Origin: a virus
Lineage: Duplodnaviria > Caudoviricetes
IMG/VR virus record: IMGVR_UViG_2030936005_000025
Span: 192,001-256,000 of that record
Length of the DNA: 64,000 nucleotides
Strand: one strand, 5' to 3'
In this document: positions 36,099-44,642 of the stretch, in pieces
Layout: every line of letters starts with the position of its first letter
How positions within the stretch are numbered: the stretch's first letter is position 1
Program-made: the position numbers and the translations under genes
The notes under the pieces: generated by a model
Database searches by the model: none
The model's input: only the letters and a program-made list of their open reading frames with translations
What the model was told of the DNA's origin: nothing

Positions 36099-36636
36099 GT
36101 TTCTCTTTCAAGATAACCAGATCTTTCTCTGTTTCAGTAACGATCGAAATCACACTCTTGAGATACTTCTTCATAGAGTGGGGTGTATGTCCATATCGAT
36201 ACTTCTTATAACAACTCGATATTTCAAAGATGCAGTAGTTGGTTCTATCATCAGGGTCTGCCGTCATATACAGTGTTGCACCAAACCCGTCATTAACATT
36301 TGCATCATTAAGGAACTCTCTTCTGACATAAGGTCCCTTACCTTCTTCTAAATGCTTGACCATATCCTGACACATTAACTTAATCAGAGTGATCTTGTTA
36401 ATATAGGCATTGAAGGAAGCAACCAGATCTTCATCCGGATTGTTATGGACTTCAACAAAAGCATTTGGCCAAAAGAAACACAGTCTTAAATTCAACATGT
36501 GTTTGTCAGTATTTTGTAGTTTCCCGTCAACCAACTCTCGAATAGGAATAAGTGAGTTACCGAACATCAGACCAATAAGGCCAGGTGGTGGAACTAACAT
36601 TTTCCTTTTGTGATTATTATGTCTGATCAAAGCCAT
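36058..36636 (-). CDS. hypothetical protein (paralog of 34186-34785)
   Basis: 192 aa; REFLN...FEISSCYKKYRY. Confidence 0.75.
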   Translation of the reverse strand: MALIRHNNHKRKMLVPPPGLIGLMFGNSLIPIRELVDGKLQNTDKHMLNLRLCFFWPNAFVEVHNNPDEDLVASFNAYINKITLIKLMCQDMVKHLEEGKGPYVRREFLNDANVNDGFGATLYMTADPDDRTNYCIFEISSCYKKYRYGHTPHSMKKYLKSVISIVTETEKDLVILKEKLDQLPVGKKEDEK

Positions 36637-36658
36637 AAAAAATAAACCTTTTAGTAAA

Positions 36659-36684
36659 CCTCCTCTGGGACAACCCAGAGGAGG
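36659..36684 (-). terminator. 11-bp hairpin terminator
   Basis: CCTCCTCTGGG-ACAA-CCCAGAGGAGG after the stop of 36706-37140. Confidence 0.7.
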
Positions 36685-36705
36685 AATCGCCTATGGGCAG
36701 TTCAC

Positions 36706-37140
36706 TTAGTCAAACAGTTTCTTTGCACGTTCAACGTTGCTTTCAGAATAGGTCGAATACCAATCAACCATATCCTGAGAATGTGGGTGATCGATGAACA
36801 GCTGAGAACCACCATAGATGGTATCTTCGCCAACCGTTTCACGCAGACGCACATCAGCATTCATGGTCAGACCATCGAACACGCTCAGACGTGAATCCCA
36901 GGTTTCCTGTTTGGTATCGGCAAATTGGTTGTGAGCGATTTCAGTAGTCGCTGCTTCAACTGCCAGACCCAGACCGTTGATCAGTTCGACACTTTCTTTC
37001 AGCTGATCGATCTTTTCGGTAGTCAGGAAGCTTGGCATTTTGAAACTGATGTGATGAGTGTCTTTATGGATCTCAGCATTATCTACCAGTTCTTTAACGC
37101 GAGCATCTTGTACTTTACCGAAAGGTTTGTTCTGTGACAT
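36706..37140 (-). CDS. conserved hypothetical protein
   Basis: 144 aa; strongly biased, highly-expressed-type codon usage; AGGA RBS; own terminator. Confidence 0.8.
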   Translation of the reverse strand: MSQNKPFGKVQDARVKELVDNAEIHKDTHHISFKMPSFLTTEKIDQLKESVELINGLGLAVEAATTEIAHNQFADTKQETWDSRLSVFDGLTMNADVRLRETVGEDTIYGGSQLFIDHPHSQDMVDWYSTYSESNVERAKKLFD

Positions 37141-37198
37141 GGAATATCCTATTACTTAAATGAGTGGTGGGTGTTACTAAATTGGTAGGAGGGTAATT

Positions 37199-37408
37199 TT
37201 ACAATTGACCCTGTTCGTAACCGCGGTTACGTTCTTCTTGAAGACGGTTCTCTTCCGCCCAACCTGCATTGGTATTGTGGCGTTCCAGAACTTCAAGACG
37301 CTCCAGTTTCTTCAGAAGAGTTTGTGTCTCTTCTTTGTTCAACTGCAGCAATGCTCCGCCATTACCTTTAGCAATGGCCTCTTTCAATTCATTAATAATC
37401 CGATTCAT
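37199..37408 (-). CDS. small hypothetical protein
   Basis: 69 aa; AAGGAG RBS. Confidence 0.65.
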   Translation of the reverse strand: MNRIINELKEAIAKGNGGALLQLNKEETQTLLKKLERLEVLERHNTNAGWAEENRLQEERNRGYEQGQL

Positions 37409-37418
37409 CTTAATCTCC

Positions 37419-38387
37419 TTAATAACGATTCATCAAGGTGTTTGGGTCAACCGGCGACCATACCTTATCAGGGGAAGGCTCAGTGGTCCGGCATTGAGAA
37501 GTCAAACTGTTTGACCCGTAAACCAAACGTCCATGAAGAGGGTTGTTCGGACTGATCAACTCGCCAATCGAAATGCCCTTCGCAACATGTGGGGTCTGCG
37601 GAGCATGTCTGACGAAGAACTCAAAACGACCTGCCATCAGAACAACCTCTTTGCCTTGTAGCCAATCAGCTGATGGATGGCCTGACATGAGATGGAGTTT
37701 GATACCTGGTTTAACTTGAGCCAAATGTTCGGCGAAAGCATGATATAGGTTTTCGCACTCACTGGTATGCCCAAGGCGATGATCGATATAAACCCAAACT
37801 TCTTTTGGGTCATTGACGAGCAATTCATCCAGCTTAACAGTTGGAACTTTCAGAACCCACAGATAACGATTATCCAACTCCTGATTAGGCATCTTCATGA
37901 TAACCCACTGATCGTACGCGTTCAGACTCAGAACGATATCCACCTTTTTAATTTCCAGCTGAGTTAGGCCGGCTGGGTCACGAAGTTCTTCGAAGGTCGG
38001 ATCCATCAGTGAATAACGAGGGTCTTTGATATCCGCAGAATCGGGATCTTCTTGATATGTCGCATTCAGGATAATCTCTTCGAGATCCCAGAACTTGATT
38101 GAGTTCGCATTCAGTTCCTCTGGCGTACCATGAGGGACCAACACGAGAACTTTCTCATCACCCTGGATCAGTTTACCTGCTTCAATGAACTTGCGCTCAC
38201 GACCGATCACACCGTACTTCTGATTGATGTTATTACGAATTGGGCAGTTAGCTTCCTGTTGGAGTTCGTCCAACGTTTTATTCTTTTCCATATATTCCTC
38301 GCTAGTGATCTTGCCTTCAGCAAGATCTAATTTATCTTTCATTCGCTCGCTACGTAAATCAGCAAGCCAACGTTCATGAAGTTCCAT
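37419..38387 (-). CDS. hypothetical protein
   Basis: 322 aa; AGGAG RBS. Confidence 0.75.
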   Translation of the reverse strand: MELHERWLADLRSERMKDKLDLAEGKITSEEYMEKNKTLDELQQEANCPIRNNINQKYGVIGRERKFIEAGKLIQGDEKVLVLVPHGTPEELNANSIKFWDLEEIILNATYQEDPDSADIKDPRYSLMDPTFEELRDPAGLTQLEIKKVDIVLSLNAYDQWVIMKMPNQELDNRYLWVLKVPTVKLDELLVNDPKEVWVYIDHRLGHTSECENLYHAFAEHLAQVKPGIKLHLMSGHPSADWLQGKEVVLMAGRFEFFVRHAPQTPHVAKGISIGELISPNNPLHGRLVYGSNSLTSQCRTTEPSPDKVWSPVDPNTLMNRY

Positions 38388-38395
38388 AGCAACTC

Positions 38396-38740
38396 CTAAA
38401 GAGTCACAGTGTTACCTAAGCGACTCATGTGCTTATGCCATTTACCAATCTTGATCGAACGTGTAGTTACGTACAACGCGACGGTAGAAATAGCACAAAG
38501 GTGCTGAGTACGATTCTCGATTACACACATGGGTAATTTAGGATCGATAGGAGAAATGGTAATTACGGTAGCAGGATTCACCTCCTGAATTACCTTTACC
38601 AGATCGCGTACACGTTTTGCAGTTGCACGTCGTTCAGCACCATGATACGAATTACCGCATCCATGTAAGATTGTCACGCTTGGTAAAGAGTAATCTTTCA
38701 GAAGTTCTACTACCGTACAGTTATTCATTTTTATTCTCAC
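38396..38740 (-). CDS. hypothetical protein (paralog of 40398-40811)
   Basis: 114 aa; IDPKLPM motif. Confidence 0.65.
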   Translation of the reverse strand: MRIKMNNCTVVELLKDYSLPSVTILHGCGNSYHGAERRATAKRVRDLVKVIQEVNPATVITISPIDPKLPMCVIENRTQHLCAISTVALYVTTRSIKIGKWHKHMSRLGNTVTL

Positions 38741-38801
38741 TAAGGTTTAGAAGATAAAAGGAAGTACGTATTCGTCTTCCCAGCTTTTCAGCTTCACGTT
38801 A

Positions 38802-38809
38802 ATAATATA
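38802..38809 (-). promoter_or_regulatory. putative early promoter (TATATTAT)
   Basis: Recurrent motif, context CATATATTATTAACGTG. Confidence 0.55.
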
Positions 38810-38829
38810 TGTTTGAAGATATATAGCGC

Positions 38830-39081
38830 TTACTTTTTGAATTCTTCAGAAATAAACTCGGGGAAACAACCCAGGTCTATTTTTGCATCCGTGCCCACAG
38901 AGATAATAAACCATTGACAGCCAGTTTTCTGGTCGGTGTAAATATCCCCTCCTCCCGTTTGTTGAACGATGAGCCGACCAGCTTTGTACGGACCTTCAGA
39001 ATTATTGATGGGTTTAATGGTATTGACCGTCGCATTTGCAAACCCGGTTACTAACAGTAAAGCTAAAAGAATCTTTTTCAT
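38830..39081 (-). CDS. small secreted protein
   Basis: Sec signal MKKILLALLLVTGFANA; YTDQKTGCQW motif typical of small phage exported proteins. Confidence 0.7.
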   Translation of the reverse strand: MKKILLALLLVTGFANATVNTIKPINNSEGPYKAGRLIVQQTGGGDIYTDQKTGCQWFIISVGTDAKIDLGCFPEFISEEFKK

Positions 39082-39091
39082 TTCTTAATCC

Positions 39092-39487
39092 TTAAATAGA
39101 GAACCGCACCCCTACTGGAAGTCCGGAACAACGAAGACTAGAGATAATCCCAGTCTCGTTAATCAACAAAGCAAGGTTAGCCAGGAATATGGCGTCCTTG
39201 TTTAATCCAGCCGCTTCGAGATTACACTTCAGCGTGTTCCTTCCTAAAACATGCTGGCCAACAGTACGCTCTGCTTTGAACTTGTCGACTTTGACAATGT
39301 TGGGATTCTGGCGAACCACAGCTTCGACAGCATCAGCAGTCGCGTCATTGTCACCCAATACCCCAATGATGACTGTTTTACAATGTAGAGGATCCAATAC
39401 CTCCGCCAGAGGAAGAACTAAAGAACCACCGCCTTCTTTCCGATGCTTCTTGATCAGGTCATCAATTTCGTGCATGTTGTACAACAT
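39092..39487 (-). CDS. hypothetical protein
   Basis: 131 aa; GAGGT RBS. Confidence 0.7.
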   Translation of the reverse strand: MLYNMHEIDDLIKKHRKEGGGSLVLPLAEVLDPLHCKTVIIGVLGDNDATADAVEAVVRQNPNIVKVDKFKAERTVGQHVLGRNTLKCNLEAAGLNKDAIFLANLALLINETGIISSLRCSGLPVGVRFSI

Positions 39488-39497
39488 AGTCTTTACC

Positions 39498-40316
39498 TCA
39501 GTTTAAGAGTAACCAGCCGTTAGGCTCTTTAGCAACAGCGCCGTTTTCATACGGCAGATGAATATCAACACGATCACCACGAATGACTAATACAAAGTCA
39601 TGTTGTACATCAAAGACTTTGACCGATTCTTTTTCAGATTCCCACCCGTTGAAATCTTCATTGAAGTAGTTGGTAGACAAACATACCTTGATCGAAGAGT
39701 TCAGTAATGCACTGGTGAGCTGATTAATCTTCTTGATGATGTCACGTTTGCTATCAGTACCGAAGTAACAGATCGCGATCTCAGCTTCACGGTTACGGGT
39801 CAGTTCATTTACCAGCCACATGTTTTCAGTAGGCAGAAGAACATTCAGATCTGCATCGCGCAGTTCCTCGAAGCCTTCCTGATCAAGATTAGGAACATAG
39901 AAGACCGCTGTTTCGGGAACACCGAAACCTTTATAAACGAAAAGGTTACCACCACGGTCAATGAACAAACCCACATCGACCGTCATGAGTTTCTCTTTAT
40001 TGAGTACTTCACCGCCATGTTCAGCGATGTTACCCTGACCGTCGTTATAGCCATGAATAACCGTTACTGGAATCTCAGGGAATAACACCGCCGTCATTTC
40101 CTGAATACGTTTAACGATGTTGTCTTCCCCGGCAACGAACGTTTCCTGAGTTTCCAGGATAGTGATATCCGTAGGAGAAAGGATGCGAAGTAGCAGACCT
40201 AACGAGTATGCTTTTGAACGATGTTCGGCAGAGTCTTTAAAGAAGTAAGCCAGTTTCTTACGATCGACTTTGCTTTCTTTATTGATAACGCTTGATACGA
40301 TGCTTGACAGTGACAT
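39498..40316 (-). CDS. hypothetical protein
   Basis: 272 aa; GAGGA RBS. Confidence 0.75.
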   Translation of the reverse strand: MSLSSIVSSVINKESKVDRKKLAYFFKDSAEHRSKAYSLGLLLRILSPTDITILETQETFVAGEDNIVKRIQEMTAVLFPEIPVTVIHGYNDGQGNIAEHGGEVLNKEKLMTVDVGLFIDRGGNLFVYKGFGVPETAVFYVPNLDQEGFEELRDADLNVLLPTENMWLVNELTRNREAEIAICYFGTDSKRDIIKKINQLTSALLNSSIKVCLSTNYFNEDFNGWESEKESVKVFDVQHDFVLVIRGDRVDIHLPYENGAVAKEPNGWLLLN

Positions 40317-40332
40317 AATAAATTCCTCTAAC

Positions 40333-40360
40333 AGCTTACCCAGGATGTCCTGGGTAAGCT
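40333..40360 (-). terminator. perfect 12-bp hairpin
   Basis: AGCTTACCCAGG-ATGT-CCTGGGTAAGCT, intergenic. Confidence 0.6.
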
Positions 40361-40397
40361 TAGGTTAAATTAGATTGATTACCACTATGGTAAATCT

Positions 40398-40811
40398 TTA
40401 ATCGAGTTTGGCATACGGAAGTAAATCGATGCCGTCCGGGACTTTGACAACCAAATGTTTGTTATCCAGACATTTTACGATCACAATGTCATACGCCATC
40501 ACACTGCGCATCTTGATCTTTTTGTCGATGAATCCATAGACAGGAAGAACCTGAGCATGACCTTCTGGAACTTTCCGTTTAAAGACTAAGTGAGTAGTCA
40601 TAGGAATGCGTGGATCAATTGCACCCTCTTCAACCTCACCCAGGATCTTGTCAAGACGATCGACATTGCGACAGTCTGTATCGGCGTCACCAAAAGTATG
40701 ATCCGCTGGAACTTCCAGCAACACACAAACGTTCTTGGGCTTAGCCAACTTAATCAGCTCAACTACCTTACTAATTTTCTCAGTCATTTTGTTTTTCCAA
40801 ATAAATGACAA
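40398..40811 (-). CDS. hypothetical protein (paralog of 38396-38740)
   Basis: 137 aa; IDPRIPM motif; true start may be MTEKIS. Confidence 0.7.
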   Translation of the reverse strand: MSFIWKNKMTEKISKVVELIKLAKPKNVCVLLEVPADHTFGDADTDCRNVDRLDKILGEVEEGAIDPRIPMTTHLVFKRKVPEGHAQVLPVYGFIDKKIKMRSVMAYDIVIVKCLDNKHLVVKVPDGIDLLPYAKLD

Positions 40812-41730
40812 CCGCTTTAATGAAGTTTTTCAGTTGAGTCAAGTTATCACCCTCAACCACAAAACTGACCTTGGAGTTCGTGCAGGACAAATCAGAACTG
40901 ATCACGACAAATGTGCCACGATACTCTTTTATCATGGAGACATAGAAGTTGTATTTGCCCAACACCACGTGATCCTCATACAGACGCTCTGTATGACCCT
41001 TAGAACCACTTTCAACTGCTTTAGCTACATTGTCTAACCCTTTAGACAACGTCTCTAAGAAGTGCTTCCAGCTAATACCACGGGCATGACCTTCGTTCAT
41101 GTGTAAACGAAGTTGACCATACTGCAAAGTCAACTCCCCACCACGACCATTAGTCGAGTGAATGTAACGAAGATATGAAGGAAGGGCGTCATAACTCAGA
41201 TCACCGTGATGAGTAACTAACATCATTGTGTTAGTATCAACACCGTTCTCATACTTGTTCAGAGTAAAGAAAGGATATTGCTCACCATGCTCTTTAACAA
41301 AACAGGTTAAACTGGCGATCAGACTTTCAATGAATAACTTAGGCGGAACGTTATAAACACGATATGTTCCACCGCTCATCGCAAAGGTCATTTTGTTTCC
41401 AGTGATTTGAACTTCACCGCACTTCAGGCGATCACCCATCTGAACCTGAGGGCCGTCATTAAGACGACGCACGATTCCATACAGAGAGTTGATCAAACGG
41501 TTGGCATCATCTTTGTTAATGAAAGGTGAGCAACGACCATTGCCGTAATTGAACTGACACAGTGCCTCATTAAGGCGCGGTGCTTCAAATTCACGGGTTG
41601 GATAATAACACTGCAACAAAAGACCTTGGTTGACCAATACAACATGCGTCTTCTTGATAGAAGTACCGTGATAGATTGACAGTTCTTCATCATCCCGTTT
41701 AGTGACATGACGCAGCATTAAAGATTCCAT
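40780..41730 (-). CDS. hypothetical protein
   Basis: 316 aa; GGAG RBS; promoter upstream. Confidence 0.75.
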   Translation of the reverse strand: MESLMLRHVTKRDDEELSIYHGTSIKKTHVVLVNQGLLLQCYYPTREFEAPRLNEALCQFNYGNGRCSPFINKDDANRLINSLYGIVRRLNDGPQVQMGDRLKCGEVQITGNKMTFAMSGGTYRVYNVPPKLFIESLIASLTCFVKEHGEQYPFFTLNKYENGVDTNTMMLVTHHGDLSYDALPSYLRYIHSTNGRGGELTLQYGQLRLHMNEGHARGISWKHFLETLSKGLDNVAKAVESGSKGHTERLYEDHVVLGKYNFYVSMIKEYRGTFVVISSDLSCTNSKVSFVVEGDNLTQLKNFIKAVVIYLEKQND

Positions 41731-41767
41731 AACAGCTCCAGAAAAATATTGTATAGTTTACACTCTA

Positions 41768-41775
41768 ATAATATC
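41768..41775 (-). promoter_or_regulatory. putative early promoter (GATATTAT)
   Basis: Context TTTTCAGGCTGATATTATTAGAGTG, nearly identical to the 6861 copy. Confidence 0.6.
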
Positions 41776-41826
41776 AGCCTGAAAATAAAATGACTAAGAA
41801 GGCGTTACCCTTCTCAGTCATTTTAA

Positions 41827-42390
41827 TTAAAATAAAGCCGCTTCTAAATCAAAAGCATGAATGGATTTGATATTCATCATATTCTTTCCATCCTTCATGG
41901 TCATTAATCCAAGAGACCTGATACTGAGATAATGAGGAATACTCTCGACAAGCTTAACAGCCCGGTCATTAAGCTTGACAACCCCATACAAATTAATGAC
42001 CTCGGAGTCACCTTCTTTAACGATCTCGTATGACTCAAGAGTTCCATTGACCGCAGCCAGGTTGATCGTCGTTATTACATTGATGAACTCTTCTACGTTT
42101 TTAGTTGCTTCTTTTCTTTTAAAAACGTCTGATTGTTCAAGCTCACCCAGATGACGATCCAACATTTTATCCATTTCACTGGCCAACAATTCTTCCGTTA
42201 TAAGGAAAGTACATTGCCCCTGAAAGGATAGCTCGTTGAAAGTGCAGAGTAGAACTTTATAACGACCATCACCAAGGTGATCTTTAACAATGCGTTCTTT
42301 AGGAACTATTCTGGTATGTCCTTGCAACTCGAAATCATTTTTACGGACTTCTTGTTTAACAATGTATTCAGAAAGATCAACAGTTTGCAT
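41827..42390 (-). CDS. prohead-protease-like paralog, probably catalytically inactive
   Basis: LGELEQ, INLAAV, LSIRSLG and IHAFDL align with prohead-protease motifs; catalytic His appears replaced by Gln. Confidence 0.5.
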   Translation of the reverse strand: MQTVDLSEYIVKQEVRKNDFELQGHTRIVPKERIVKDHLGDGRYKVLLCTFNELSFQGQCTFLITEELLASEMDKMLDRHLGELEQSDVFKRKEATKNVEEFINVITTINLAAVNGTLESYEIVKEGDSEVINLYGVVKLNDRAVKLVESIPHYLSIRSLGLMTMKDGKNMMNIKSIHAFDLEAALF

Positions 42391-42404
42391 GGGGGCTACC
42401 TTAA

Positions 42405-42959
42405 TCAGTAAAGTTGATACGCTTTGGTCGGGTCTGCCAGATAGTTATGCAGAGCACCTTCTGCTTCCTCAATAGAAAGCTCAGAGGTCAGACCTTCGGT
42501 GTCACCCAGATCGATGTCGTACGTTTTCTTCACGTAGTCACGAATGTTTTCTGCGGTTGGTTCAAAAGCAATCTTGATGATGTCTTCTGAAATACCAAAC
42601 AGGTTGACCAGCATAGTGCGGAACATATGCTCGTGATCTTTAACCTTGTTACCGGCGATGTTCAGAATAACAACATCGTTTTTCCAGGTACGGGTTTCTG
42701 GATCCTGTTGAGCCAGAGGAACCATATCCAGACCAACGATGCTGTTCATGTATTTGATCAGTTTAATCGCATACAGGTTCACCAATTGGTATTTCACCTT
42801 GGTACCCGCTTGCAGAACAATCAGAGGCTGCTGATCTTTGTCATAAAGACTCAACCAGACTTCTTCCATTTCCTTGAAGGTATTTTTCAGAGTAACACCC
42901 TGAAGAAGTAATTCACGGACCTGAGTAGCAATGCGCAGTGTGTTAAGATTAATGGACAT
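42405..42959 (-). CDS. hypothetical protein
   Basis: 184 aa; AAGGT RBS. Confidence 0.75.
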   Translation of the reverse strand: MSINLNTLRIATQVRELLLQGVTLKNTFKEMEEVWLSLYDKDQQPLIVLQAGTKVKYQLVNLYAIKLIKYMNSIVGLDMVPLAQQDPETRTWKNDVVILNIAGNKVKDHEHMFRTMLVNLFGISEDIIKIAFEPTAENIRDYVKKTYDIDLGDTEGLTSELSIEEAEGALHNYLADPTKAYQLY

Positions 42960-43020
42960 CTTTTTACCTTATAAGAAAATGATTTACTGTAACGTAAAAT
43001 AGAAACAGACATAAAAAATA

Positions 43021-43046
43021 AGTAGAGACCCCGAAGGATCTCTACT
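43021..43046 (-). terminator. hairpin of the CTACTC family
   Basis: AGTAGAGA...TCTCTACT after the protease stop; TATTTTTTAT follows on the minus strand. Confidence 0.7.
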
Positions 43047-43051
43047 CGATT

Positions 43052-43903
43052 TTAGAAGATGTCCATGAAGTTAACTTTGGCACCTAACTCGTCGCCTGAC
43101 TTGTAATTCTTTTTCATTACATTCAGAACGTCACGATAGTGATCCAATGCTTCCATGCCACCGACACGGATCAATGCGTCTTGATCTGAAACTTCGGTGT
43201 GTAATGCTTCATCCAGACGCGTCAGCATATCGCTTACACTGAACTTCTGGAGGTTGTCGCGTAAACCCATGCCTGACAGGAAGCTTTCACAGCCCGCAGT
43301 CATGTGCTTGTTAGCGTGAATCATGCCTGGCTCAGAGACCCAATCATAACCGGTCCAGTATTCCACATTCTTACGTGTCTCACCTGCTTTGAACGGAGAG
43401 ATCTGAGTACGAATAGAAACAGCGGTGTTATGACGAGGGTTCGCCAGTGACTCTTTAAATTCGGGACCACGTGGACCAAACGGTTCACAACGGATGTAGT
43501 TCCAAATCGGTGCCATTGGATTACGTTCGTTCTCAAACTCGAACAGCACTTCGCTGATCAACCCACAGATGTTAGCGGGGTCATAAGAACGCAAACGGTT
43601 GATCCATTGCAGAATGTCTGTCATTGGTTTGGCATATTTAATACCATTCTCAATCACATAGAAAAACGGCTCAGGATGTTCCACTTCCATTTTGCAGTAA
43701 CCCATTTTGATGCGGCGCTGCAAATCAGAGTTGGCATTGATTTGTTCAAGAACATAGTCGTTCGACGGATAAGTGATGCCCGCGTGGTTTGGCACATTAA
43801 ATGCACCTGCGTTCAACAGATAACGACCATCCTGGTCAGGGCGCAGAATCCCTTTCTTACCTGTATCAGCAAGAATAATATTACCTAAGCTGATATCAGC
43901 CAT
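43052..43903 (-). CDS. prohead (head maturation) serine protease (phiKZ gp175/SPN3US gp245-like)
   Basis: MEVEHP (His), AVSIRT (Ser), GYDWVSEPG; size and synteny. Confidence 0.85.
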   Translation of the reverse strand: MADISLGNIILADTGKKGILRPDQDGRYLLNAGAFNVPNHAGITYPSNDYVLEQINANSDLQRRIKMGYCKMEVEHPEPFFYVIENGIKYAKPMTDILQWINRLRSYDPANICGLISEVLFEFENERNPMAPIWNYIRCEPFGPRGPEFKESLANPRHNTAVSIRTQISPFKAGETRKNVEYWTGYDWVSEPGMIHANKHMTAGCESFLSGMGLRDNLQKFSVSDMLTRLDEALHTEVSDQDALIRVGGMEALDHYRDVLNVMKKNYKSGDELGAKVNFMDIF

Positions 43904-44642
43904 TGTTATCTCCTGCAGCGGCAGGTAGGCCGCGGATGACTTCTTCCAGGTTTGTTACTTTCGTATCTGGATTCAAGATACCCGAGATGATGTTGTCACT
44001 CATGTAGCCCGAAGCTAAACGGCTAAAGGTTGAGTTCAACAATTGTCCTGGGTTGTTGATACCGATGATACGAGGTTTAATATTCGGATCCTTGAGAGAA
44101 GGCGAGTAACGGAACGGGATATCCATGTTATCCGGGTCACGCTGAGTCAGGGCATAAAGCACACGGACTGCTTGGTTACAAGTTCCCATTGATTTACCTG
44201 TGTAGAACTTCGCTTCGTCATAAACACTCAGCAAGTCCTCTGCATCGAAGTACCAAGGGATACGCGCATACTTGGTGAACTCCAAGTAATAATAGTAACC
44301 GATGTTGCTGTCCATAGGAACAGTCAACGATTCAATCACCACATCACCTGGTTCGAAGTCCAACATGTAATAACGATCGTTCTTGATCGTCTCTTCGTAA
44401 ATATCCCCAGGCTTCAATACTACCTTAACCATCCCGCCAAAGAACGCATACGACGTCTCAAAGATAATACCAATCATCAAGATCGATGTTACCGTATCAG
44501 AAATCTCAGCCAAGTTACTTTGTTCGAAACGCTTAGGGAAGCATGCAGTGACTTTCTTCAAAGCCACCACACTACCATCAGGCAAGACTTTGAGAGCGGA
44601 ACTAACCCGCTCCCTGTCTTTTTTCAGATTGTCATAATCCAT
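43896..44642 (-). CDS. virion protein, candidate small vRNAP subunit (phiKZ gp176/SPN3US gp244-like)
   Basis: 248 aa; assigned by synteny only. Confidence 0.5.
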   Translation of the reverse strand: MDYDNLKKDRERVSSALKVLPDGSVVALKKVTACFPKRFEQSNLAEISDTVTSILMIGIIFETSYAFFGGMVKVVLKPGDIYEETIKNDRYYMLDFEPGDVVIESLTVPMDSNIGYYYYLEFTKYARIPWYFDAEDLLSVYDEAKFYTGKSMGTCNQAVRVLYALTQRDPDNMDIPFRYSPSLKDPNIKPRIIGINNPGQLLNSTFSRLASGYMSDNIISGILNPDTKVTNLEEVIRGLPAAAGDNNG

